Shown here: positions 1 through 7,294 of the stretch, piece by piece
How positions within the stretch are numbered: position 1 is the first letter of the stretch
Layout: each line of letters opens with the position of its first letter
Assembly: GCA_003345545.1 (NCBI GenBank)
Contig: PRDH01000002.1
Span: forward strand, 1 to 13,833
Direction: 5' to 3'
Source: Candidatus Thorarchaeota archaeon
Lineage (GTDB): Archaea; Asgardarchaeota; Thorarchaeia; Thorarchaeales; Thorarchaeaceae
Length of the DNA: 13,833 bases
Made by a program: the position numbers and the translations under genes
The notes under the pieces: model-generated
The model's input: the letters and a program-made list of their open reading frames with translations, nothing else
What the model was told of the DNA's origin: nothing
The model's database searches: none

Positions 1-350
1 ACAGACTCATTTGGAGGGAGTGCCAGTCCGAGATTGATCACAGCCTCCGTATACCGATCGTGTTCGACTAGCACAGCGCTTGCTGATGTTTCATTCACGC
101 GGGCAAGAGTCAATTCTGTCGCATGAGAGTCGATTCTGAAACTCAATCCCGAAACCGAGCTGCCTCCCAGATTCACCATGCGGGCCCGAACAGATACAGT
201 TGTCAAGCCATCGTTGTCCATGACAGCTTTGATTTCAACTGGGTCAAGTAGAATATCACTTGTCTGTGCAATCTCCGATGCGCCCTCTACAGGGACCAGC
301 AACATCGAGAGGACAACTAGTGTCAACAGAAGGATACTCGTTCCTTTCAT
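1..350 (-). CDS. Secreted/surface protein, N-terminal part (runs off the left edge; absent from the ORF track)
   Basis: Manual translation from ATG at 350 stays open to base 1: MKGTSILLLTLVVLSMLLVPVEGASEIAQTSDILLDPVEIKAVMDNDGLTTVSVRARMVNLGGSSVSGLSFRIDSHATELTLARVNETSASAVLVEHDRYTEAVINLGLALPPNES. It has a signal-peptide-like N-terminus, beta-strand-like patterning and N-x-S/T sequons. Confidence 0.8.
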   Translation of the reverse strand, partial: MKGTSILLLTLVVLSMLLVPVEGASEIAQTSDILLDPVEIKAVMDNDGLTTVSVRARMVNLGGSSVSGLSFRIDSHATELTLARVNETSASAVLVEHDRYTEAVINLGLALPPNES

Positions 351-432
351 GATCCAGCACCATACCAATTTCCGTGTGTATCTATTCCTGAAGTACTGCG
401 TCAAGATAAGAGTTGTTTTCAGATGAGATGGT

Positions 433-459
433 AGGGCGGCGTCGAGTGAATACCGCCCT
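433..459 (-). terminator. GC-rich hairpin just downstream of the 388-aa gene (terminator or mRNA stabiliser)
   Basis: Perfect 7-bp inverted repeat AGGGCGG (433-439) / CCGCCCT (453-459), about 14 nt after the stop codon at 474. Confidence 0.45.
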
Positions 460-473
460 GTTATGCAGTATGG

Positions 474-1640
474 CTACCTCTTTCGTACTATGACGACGAG
501 TACTGCCAAGATAGCGACAGCGCCAATTCCGGCTACGAGGACAAGGTCAATCGGAGATGCGATGCTAGGAACACCATCTGGATAGAGTCCGATTGAAGGG
601 TCATGGAGAATGCTTCCATTGTCGAAGTAGGGATAAGCAAGATAGACAGCCAGACCAACTCCTGTAGGAACGTAGGATGCGTTGACAGGAACAGCCTCTG
701 TGGCGCCGCCGGGCCAAGTGATGACAGCAGTATCAAGCCAGCTAAAGAATCCTTGAGCCATGCCAATATCGTAGTCAATGAAATCGATTCTCTCAATATT
801 GGTGTGATTCATCGGCTCAAAGCGTGTTTCGTTACCGCCTGGCGTTGTCCAGTTCATCGTGGAATCAATAGTGGCGTTATGGAAACGCTCACGGGTTTCG
901 AGTCTATGGCGGTGCATCTGAGGATTCTGATCGCCCATCATGACGCGTTCTCTCTGAAGCGTCTGAAGAGCCACCATTGAGTCTTCACTGCTGAACGGGA
1001 AGTTGCCAATCTCGATATCGATCTTTAGCTCCGACCCGCCAGCGACTGTGTAGTTCAAGTGATGGCCGTGATCATCCGTGACTTCTCCAGTATAGTCCTC
1101 AAGATAGATGTGACCCCAGATCTGAATTGTTGTGTCTTCGAACCTCATCAAGTCGCCCGTCCCGTTAAGTCCGGCAGGTGCAGCCTCGGGCATCATGCCA
1201 GTTCGGAGCCCGGATTTTGTATACTTTAGCCACACTTCAGTTGTGACATCGCCGTCCTGTATTGTACCAGTAGTCAATGTCCATTCATACGCTGCCAGAG
1301 GCGCGAAGAATAGCTGTTCACCTGTTTGGAAAGCGCCATCCTCATTCAGGTCCTCAAATTCAGCGAGCATGACAAAGGAGGTCATGAATTTGGCATTCGT
1401 GCCATTTTCATCGACAGTATACCAGAAATGAAATTGGGGGATCTCACCATTGGCCATAATCGTGATAATATCAGTATTGATCCAGACGGTTCCATCTGGA
1501 TCTCGCATATGATTGGGCGGTCCTCCTGGACCATACATTTGTGAATCAATATTCTGTGCACTAGCCCCCACCGACATTGTTCCAACGAGAACAACCAGCA
1601 GTAGAGTGCTCATGAGTAGTTTCTGTATGTTTCTCAGCAC
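474..1640 (-). CDS. Membrane-anchored cell-surface glycoprotein of unknown function
   Basis: GTG start preceded by AGGTGA. N-terminal signal peptide (..VGASA/QN), acidic beta-rich body with nine N-x-S/T sequons, C-terminal TM helix ending in RKR. Confidence 0.85.
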   Translation of the reverse strand: MLRNIQKLLMSTLLLVVLVGTMSVGASAQNIDSQMYGPGGPPNHMRDPDGTVWINTDIITIMANGEIPQFHFWYTVDENGTNAKFMTSFVMLAEFEDLNEDGAFQTGEQLFFAPLAAYEWTLTTGTIQDGDVTTEVWLKYTKSGLRTGMMPEAAPAGLNGTGDLMRFEDTTIQIWGHIYLEDYTGEVTDDHGHHLNYTVAGGSELKIDIEIGNFPFSSEDSMVALQTLQRERVMMGDQNPQMHRHRLETRERFHNATIDSTMNWTTPGGNETRFEPMNHTNIERIDFIDYDIGMAQGFFSWLDTAVITWPGGATEAVPVNASYVPTGVGLAVYLAYPYFDNGSILHDPSIGLYPDGVPSIASPIDLVLVAGIGAVAILAVLVVIVRKR

Positions 1641-1876
1641 TAGTCACCTACGAGTGCCTTCGAGCCACCACATATAACCACTATTTCGTGTTGAGCACAT
1701 GGAGAGCTGAATTCGAGATTATGATGTCCCTTTTTTGCCAAAGAAGCTTTATGGATACTTGTAATCATTGGATGAAGTCTTACTAGACCACTATAAGGGC
1801 AGCAGGTAGTCCTTGCCACCTCACAGTTATTAGGGCTCACGAGCATGAGGACACGAAGGAAAGGAAGTAATGTAAG

Positions 1877-2143
1877 ATGTCGGCAGATCCAGAACATATG
1901 ACGCAGTACGACTGGTTCTCACAGGCAAGGATTCATGAAACTATGGGCAATGACGAGAAAGCCCTAGCTGCATATGAGGAATCAGTCAAGATTGATCCGC
2001 AATATGCCAAAGCCTGGTTCTACAAAGCAAGACTTCACTATAGGCTGGGGCAGATGCCCCTCGCGAGGGAGTGCGCTAGGAACGCCCTCAAGCTGAAGCC
2101 TGAATGGGAGAGCCACGTAAAGAAGTATCTGCCAAAACTCTGA
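1877..2143 (+). CDS. Small tetratricopeptide-repeat (TPR) protein
   Basis: Two TPR units (WFSQARIHETMGNDEKALAAYEESVKIDP; AWFYKARLHYRLGQMPLARECARNALKLKP). Alternative start ATG at 1898. Confidence 0.85.
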   Translation: MSADPEHMTQYDWFSQARIHETMGNDEKALAAYEESVKIDPQYAKAWFYKARLHYRLGQMPLARECARNALKLKPEWESHVKKYLPKL

Positions 2144-2150
2144 TGCTATC

Positions 2151-2624
2151 TTACAAGATTGCTGATGATGCATCAGGGTATAGAAGAACGTAGACAGCCT
2201 GATTGAGGGTCAGTATCTTTCTGTCGACCCACGCCATGACCATGTCTACATTTTCCTTCGAGGAAACCTTCACGAGCGCCTTTAGCGTTGATTCTCTGCA
2301 GCACTCAAGTTCCAGAAGTTCCTCGAGCGTTTGAACAAGAATCATCTGCCGTACGTCAGGAGTGGTCTGAGTCAGCCAATAGAGAACGTTCTTTCTGGTC
2401 TTTGAATTCACATTGGATTTTGCTGCAACTTCAGTAATGGCATCAGAGAGCTCTGAGATGATGTCACTATCTTTGAGGTCTTTGAGTTCTGCTTGGATGA
2501 GCCTTACAATAGCCTTCGTATTCTTTGGAGACTGACTGAGAATTTCAACTAAATCTGAGCGCGCCCGTATGGGTCCAAGTTCGTCACTTTTCCTCAATTT
2601 GTTCAGTACTCCGTCTTGCATCAT
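2151..2624 (-). CDS. Hypothetical all-alpha protein
   Basis: Fills the gap between the TPR and HAD genes, with amphipathic helical patterning. ATG at 2624 or 2621 preferred over TTG at 2636. Confidence 0.7.
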   Translation of the reverse strand: MMQDGVLNKLRKSDELGPIRARSDLVEILSQSPKNTKAIVRLIQAELKDLKDSDIISELSDAITEVAAKSNVNSKTRKNVLYWLTQTTPDVRQMILVQTLEELLELECCRESTLKALVKVSSKENVDMVMAWVDRKILTLNQAVYVLLYPDASSAIL

Positions 2625-2715
2625 ATGGCGTGGCAAGAATCAACACTTCCAAGTCGCTAATATGTTTGTTGCGTGGGTACTCAACAATGATACTTGCAGT
2701 TAAAGAAGTCCGTCT

Positions 2716-3453
2716 TCACAGCAGGTTGGCGAATTCTGTAATGGACCGTGTCACGTAATCAGGAGCTGTGTCAGGGCCATATTTCGCTATCATATCTTGT
2801 ATGGATTGATTTCGACTGTTAATCCAGACAGTCTTGAGATGGACTCTCTTCGCGCCGACCATGTCCGCGTAGTATTCGTCACCAATGTAGAGGATTTTCG
2901 ATGGACTGACGCCAAGGTCCTCAATCACTCTCTCAAAGATCAGGCTCATAGGTTTGTACGCTTTCACAGTACCACAGTCGACTACAGCCTTAAAGTACTG
3001 TTGTAGATTCAGTTTTTCCAGAAGCCTTGTCGCATTTCCCTCAAAGCTGTTCGAGAGCACGCCCATCTTGACACCCCGTGAATGCAGATCGGAAAGCATC
3101 TCCACGACACCGGGATATGGTTCTGAGAGCTCGATGTGAAGTGCTTTGAAACGTTGAGTCGCTTCCTCCACAAGTGACAGATCCGCATTGCTATCGATGT
3201 CGCGAAGGCTGTCGCCCATGGCGCTCTTTACGATATCGAAAGGGGTCCTAAAGGGGCCCCCGTCAGCAACGTCCTGAATCGCCTTGAAGTATCTCATGAC
3301 CAGATTCTTGAGAAACGCTGTCTTGCGTTCGTCAGAGACAATATTGGACTTGCGCAGCAGCCAATCGCTTGCTACCAGCGGATAGCGGTGTGTGTCCAGT
3401 AGAGTTGAGTCTAGGTCAAAGACAAAGGCCTCAAACTGCTCATCGTCAAACAT
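2716..3453 (-). CDS. HAD-superfamily hydrolase (subfamily IA phosphatase)
   Basis: Motif I FDLDSTLLD, motif II LSN, motif III KP, motif IV IGDEYYADMVGA. Start is ATG 3453 or TTG 3459. Confidence 0.92.
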   Translation of the reverse strand: MFDDEQFEAFVFDLDSTLLDTHRYPLVASDWLLRKSNIVSDERKTAFLKNLVMRYFKAIQDVADGGPFRTPFDIVKSAMGDSLRDIDSNADLSLVEEATQRFKALHIELSEPYPGVVEMLSDLHSRGVKMGVLSNSFEGNATRLLEKLNLQQYFKAVVDCGTVKAYKPMSLIFERVIEDLGVSPSKILYIGDEYYADMVGAKRVHLKTVWINSRNQSIQDMIAKYGPDTAPDYVTRSITEFANLL

Positions 3454-3480
3454 GATCAAGAGTGCCAGGTCTCCAAATGG

Positions 3481-4251
3481 TTACTCGCCCTTCGCAAGGT
3501 AGATACCGTTCGGATCCAATTTGTGCATGATATCAATCTGTTCTTGCGTAGGCTTGGGAGTTGTAGGCACACTGTCGGGAACAATCAAGTCAAACATCAC
3601 ATTGTCCAAGATGTCTTGAACGGTGTATCCTGGATGAACTGACATCAAACGTATCTTCTTCGTCTTTGGATGAAAGTCCATCTGACACATGTCAGTAATT
3701 ACGACCTCGGGTCCATTTCCTACCATGGACCATTTCTTGCGTGACCCCGGACCCTCAAGATGGCCTGGCGAAGTCATGTAGTCCAGTTTTTTTAGGAATT
3801 TCCGTTTGTCGTGAGACATCATGATTATGAGACGTTTTGCAGATGATGCGATATCATTCCCTCCACCGCTTCCCGGCAGCTTCACCTTGGGAGCATCATA
3901 GGGGCCGATGTAGCTCGTATTCAGATTCCCATACTCATCTATCTGTGCAGCACCTAGGAATCCAACATCGATTCGACCAGCCTGAAGAAGGAATCCAAGT
4001 GTTTCTATCAGCCCAATAGAGGCCGAACAACCATAGTAGTATCTTGTATCAGCCACAGAGAGAGGAACTTCGCGGGGGCGAGCATCAATAAAACCGGCCT
4101 CAGAGATCAGGATTGACCTTGGCGCATGGGTTTCCTTGGCCAACAGTGCCGCTAAGAGCGGCATCCCTGTGCCACCAAAGACATTCTCACCATCTCTGAC
4201 ATGACTAGATGCACAGGCAATCAAGAACTCTGTCTTTGTATACTCTACCAT
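3481..4251 (-). CDS. gctB: Family I CoA-transferase beta subunit (glutaconate CoA-transferase B-like)
   Basis: FGGTGMP, ISEAG (catalytic Glu position), GFLGAAQIDEYGNLN, LPGSGGGNDIAS, SVHPG. ATG 4251 lies 2 nt after the alpha-subunit stop. Substrate not determinable from sequence. Confidence 0.88.
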   Translation of the reverse strand: MVEYTKTEFLIACASSHVRDGENVFGGTGMPLLAALLAKETHAPRSILISEAGFIDARPREVPLSVADTRYYYGCSASIGLIETLGFLLQAGRIDVGFLGAAQIDEYGNLNTSYIGPYDAPKVKLPGSGGGNDIASSAKRLIIMMSHDKRKFLKKLDYMTSPGHLEGPGSRKKWSMVGNGPEVVITDMCQMDFHPKTKKIRLMSVHPGYTVQDILDNVMFDLIVPDSVPTTPKPTQEQIDIMHKLDPNGIYLAKGE

Positions 4252-4253
4252 TC

Positions 4254-5168
4254 TTAGTACCCCCATGGTCGTGTTGCATGCAGCTTCTGCAGGTGGTCCC
4301 AGCCAATGAGGTCAAGATAGCCAAAATGGTCTTCAACACCATTGACGTAGTTGTTGAGATACTCTTGCCAACCTTCCTCAGTCTTTGTGAGTTTGTGGAA
4401 CATCATGAGATGCTCCAGGTCATAGTCATAGTAATCATGACACATCATAGGGTGAGCAACATACGGAAGAATCACCACATGACTCACATACATCGCAGGA
4501 ATCTTGGTCTGATCTGGACGTGTTCTTATCTCGGCTTTGTCAATCAGTTCTTCTGCCAAGATTATCAGTTTCTTCCCGCAGCGAGACCCTTCAAGATCTT
4601 CGCCAACAATGCCATCGATCTGCGCATTGCCTGACTGGTCTACTCGTTGTACGTGCACGATGCTGAATTCGGGTTGAAGTGATGGGACGAGACAGATCTT
4701 CTCTCCGGTGAAAGGGCAATCAATAACTTTCAGTTTCTTGTCCCCGCGATATCGGGCAAGGCGGACCATATCAGTTCCCATCATACTTCGTACAGGCATG
4801 AAGGGGACATTCAGGGCTCCCCCGAGAAAACGCATCGCCATAGCCAAGTTGCTATAGTCCTCGACTTGGAGAGCTCCCTCAGACACCCTGCGACGGATGT
4901 TGTTAGAGAGACCTAATGCCTCAATAGCTGAGAATGCAATCTCAAACCGTGACGCCACTCCAGCTCCTGCCATAATCTCGAGGTCGACCTCTGAGCCGCA
5001 CGTATAGATGGTCAAATTCCTCTTCTTCTGTCTAACGAGTTCGTGAGCAAATGCAATTGGAGGTCTCTGATAGCCGAAACCGCCCCAGAAGAGACCATCA
5101 CCATCCGACACCAACCCTACAGCTTCTTTGAGTGTAATCCGTTTGTCCTCAACCTCTGCTTCAGTCAA
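4254..5168 (-). CDS. gctA: Family I CoA-transferase alpha subunit (glutaconate CoA-transferase A-like)
   Basis: GGFGYQRPPIAFAHELVRQ, EDYSNLAM..RF.GGALNVPFMP, CPFTGE, HVQRVDQSGNAQI, AHP...YYDYD. TTG start with AGGTGAGG upstream. Confidence 0.88.
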   Translation of the reverse strand: MTEAEVEDKRITLKEAVGLVSDGDGLFWGGFGYQRPPIAFAHELVRQKKRNLTIYTCGSEVDLEIMAGAGVASRFEIAFSAIEALGLSNNIRRRVSEGALQVEDYSNLAMAMRFLGGALNVPFMPVRSMMGTDMVRLARYRGDKKLKVIDCPFTGEKICLVPSLQPEFSIVHVQRVDQSGNAQIDGIVGEDLEGSRCGKKLIILAEELIDKAEIRTRPDQTKIPAMYVSHVVILPYVAHPMMCHDYYDYDLEHLMMFHKLTKTEEGWQEYLNNYVNGVEDHFGYLDLIGWDHLQKLHATRPWGY

Positions 5169-5258
5169 GACGCCTCACCTTGAATGGGACTGTATCTGTT
5201 TGGTCCGTCGCGTCAAAAGCACTGTTGCCTTTTATCTTTCTCCGTTTCGCTTTCACCA

Positions 5259-5585
5259 TCATCCAGTGAACATCAGCATAATCCCCACAGCGATGATGAT
5301 TATGCTCAAGATACAGATGCAGGTCCAAGCAGATGACCTCGAGGGAAAACCACCCCCGCCGGAGAAAGAGTCTGGTGGCTCGCCGATTGACACTCTGAAA
5401 CTAAAACGACCTCTCGATATGTGGATGTTCATGTCATCTTCCATTGGAAGGGAACCGATTCCAGGGGTGAATGCATAGATAGAATCACATCGAGGACATC
5501 GAACGTGAATGGATCCCTCGACGGCTTGGGGTATCGAGTCTGTGAGCAGCGTTCCACAATATGGGCATGCAGGCAGTTCGGTCAT
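5259..5585 (-). CDS. Zinc-ribbon protein with a C-terminal TM anchor (paralog B)
   Basis: From ATG 5585: CPYC-x19-CPRC..YAFTPGIG, a Gly/Ser linker, then TCICILSIIIIAVGIMLMF. The longer ORF-track start overlaps the upstream gene. Confidence 0.78.
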   Translation of the reverse strand: MTELPACPYCGTLLTDSIPQAVEGSIHVRCPRCDSIYAFTPGIGSLPMEDDMNIHISRGRFSFRVSIGEPPDSFSGGGGFPSRSSAWTCICILSIIIIAVGIMLMFTG

Positions 5586-5628
5586 GCCAGGACCCCTTCC
5601 GAATAGCCTCTGAAAGTTCTTTCTCTCT

Positions 5629-5997
5629 TTAGCCAAATAGCCAAGAGAATAAGCCAGAGAAACCAAACAACATCATCAGGGGCAGAAACATCAGAATCCC
5701 GATCAAGCAACAAATGATAGCACAACACGTTCCGCCTGAAGATTGCTGTTGTGGTTGCTCAACTGTCCATGGCACTTCGCTCTCATAGATTTCACCAGGG
5801 GATGAGCCATCGTGTGACACTGATGATTCGCGAGGCCCTTGGTCTGGTAGTGAAAATGCTCCAAAACCGGGGAGGTATTCGAAGAGCCCTCCACAGTTAC
5901 GACATCGCATCTGCACCTTCTCGTCATATTCCTGTTGTCTGCTATCTGCTGGTACGGTTGACCCGCAATATGGGCAAGTAATATTCTCGGACATCAT
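5629..5997 (-). CDS. Zinc-ribbon protein with a C-terminal Cys-rich TM anchor (paralog A)
   Basis: CPYC-x20-CRNC..FEYLPGFG, a disordered Q/S/E linker, then TCCAIICCLIGILMFLPLMMLFGF. Confidence 0.8.
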   Translation of the reverse strand: MMSENITCPYCGSTVPADSRQQEYDEKVQMRCRNCGGLFEYLPGFGAFSLPDQGPRESSVSHDGSSPGEIYESEVPWTVEQPQQQSSGGTCCAIICCLIGILMFLPLMMLFGFSGLFSWLFG

Positions 5998-6102
5998 GAC
6001 CCGCTCGCTTGTTATACTATGTGCATCTCTGTCTGGAGAGGTTTTAAGTCTGATGAGGAGAGACCCAGCAGTCTTATACGTGAGCAGACATCAACGATAG
6101 TC

Positions 6103-6747
6103 ATGTCACTCAGCCAAGAGATGTCCAAAATGAGTAGACCAATGATGATTGGATTCCTTGGGCCCTTCATTGCGCTTGTGTGCATCATAGTCGCGATTCT
6201 CCTATCGCCAGGCTTTGACTGGTTTGTAAATGCACTCAGTGATCTAGGGCACTATACACGCACAGATCTTGGCCCGTACAAGCTCATTGGAGCCATCGTT
6301 TTCAACGGTGGGCTCATTATCACGGGGCTTCTCATGCTCTACTACACTCTGTGGTTTCTAAAGAGGTCTACCGATATGGCAACCAAGATTGGCATTCTTC
6401 CGCTTGTCATTTCACTCTGCTTCTTGGTTTGCATAGGCATTTTCTCTGAGAACTTCGGGGACTTGCACTATTGGGTGTCCGTCGGATTCTTCCTCACGTT
6501 TCCATTCTCAATGTGGCTCATCGGTCTAGCCTGGTTGAGATTCGCTCAGCTACGATGGTTCTGTGTGTTGTCATTGATCATTCCATTCCTCTCTGTCTTC
6601 ATGTGGGCAGATTACCTGAATGGCACATCAATATGGCAGGAGGCGATTCCAGAGATTATCACGGCCTTCTCTGCGATTGGCTGGCTCTGGATCATCAACT
6701 TACTCCACTATCGGGGCAAACTTGAGGGAGTCATGCCACGAGCATAA
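6103..6747 (+). CDS. DUF998-like integral membrane protein
   Basis: TM1 followed by SPGFDWFVNALSDLG, then FNGGLI, GIFSE...LH, and PE in the last helix; about 6 TM segments. Start is likely ATG 6103, 6121 or 6130 rather than 6019. Confidence 0.8.
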   Translation: MSLSQEMSKMSRPMMIGFLGPFIALVCIIVAILLSPGFDWFVNALSDLGHYTRTDLGPYKLIGAIVFNGGLIITGLLMLYYTLWFLKRSTDMATKIGILPLVISLCFLVCIGIFSENFGDLHYWVSVGFFLTFPFSMWLIGLAWLRFAQLRWFCVLSLIIPFLSVFMWADYLNGTSIWQEAIPEIITAFSAIGWLWIINLLHYRGKLEGVMPRA

Positions 6748-6779
6748 GCATTTGGGTAAGTAAGTTACATTATTGCTCT

Positions 6780-7193
6780 CTAGTATAGGCACTCGCTACA
6801 ACTTGATGTTCCTCTGCCAAGACAACCAGCTGTTTTCGCCCCGCCATATGTAATTCCCCATTCCTGCATGTGTCCCAATATTGGAGCGAACTCTTGCCCC
6901 TTCCCAGTAAGGGCATAGTGGACTCGTGCTGGCATCATGGTTACATCAACGATGCGCTCAACAATTCCCTCTCTCTCAAGTTCGCGAAGTCGCTGGGTTA
7001 AGACCTTGGGGCTGACCCAGCTAATCGCCCTATGCAACTCCCCAAACTGAGCACCCTGCGGATTCTGCGAGGCAAGGAGTTCCTGGAGCACCAGAATTGC
7101 CCATCTCTTGCCTAGGATTCGAGTGACAAGAAAGATGGGGCAGTTCTCTGCAGACTCCCGTGTACGGACAACATCAGAACGCATGTGACTCAT
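6780..7193 (-). CDS. HxlR/DUF24-family winged-helix transcriptional regulator with extra C-terminal cysteines
   Basis: CP....ILGKRWAILVLQEL, FGELHRAISWVSPKVLTQRLRELEREGIVER, PARVHYALTGKG, WG. Confidence 0.92.
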   Translation of the reverse strand: MSHMRSDVVRTRESAENCPIFLVTRILGKRWAILVLQELLASQNPQGAQFGELHRAISWVSPKVLTQRLRELEREGIVERIVDVTMMPARVHYALTGKGQEFAPILGHMQEWGITYGGAKTAGCLGRGTSSCSECLY

Positions 7194-7202
7194 CGCCAGT
7201 TA

Positions 7203-7239
7203 TACTTACTTTTTGGTAACTACTATACTTATTATAGTA
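7203..7239. promoter_or_regulatory. Two adjacent palindromes, likely operator(s) of the HxlR regulator in a divergent promoter
   Basis: TACTTAC-TTTTTG-GTAACTA (7203-7222, one mismatch) and perfect TACTATA-CTTAT-TATAGTA (7221-7239), in an AT-rich region between divergent genes. Confidence 0.6.
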
Positions 7240-7294
7240 TGTGGTGGCCATAAAAAACAATAGACAATTCCGCTACATACCGGAGTGATTGAAA

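Noticed and set aside
178-426. 82-aa plus-strand ORF
   Set aside because: Antisense shadow of the signal-peptide-bearing minus-strand gene starting at 350.
1640-1897. 85-aa minus-strand ORF spanning the divergent intergenic region
   Set aside because: No motif, random-looking composition, and it overlaps the likely promoter (TTATATG near 1671-1677) and the TPR start.
5586-5666. N-terminal extension of the 135-aa ORF
   Set aside because: It overlaps paralog A. Comparison with paralog A places the start at ATG 5585, just before CPYC.
6050-6110. CTGATGAG suggesting a hammerhead core or C/D-box sRNA
   Set aside because: No stem II plus GAAA follows, and there is no properly placed CTGA D box.
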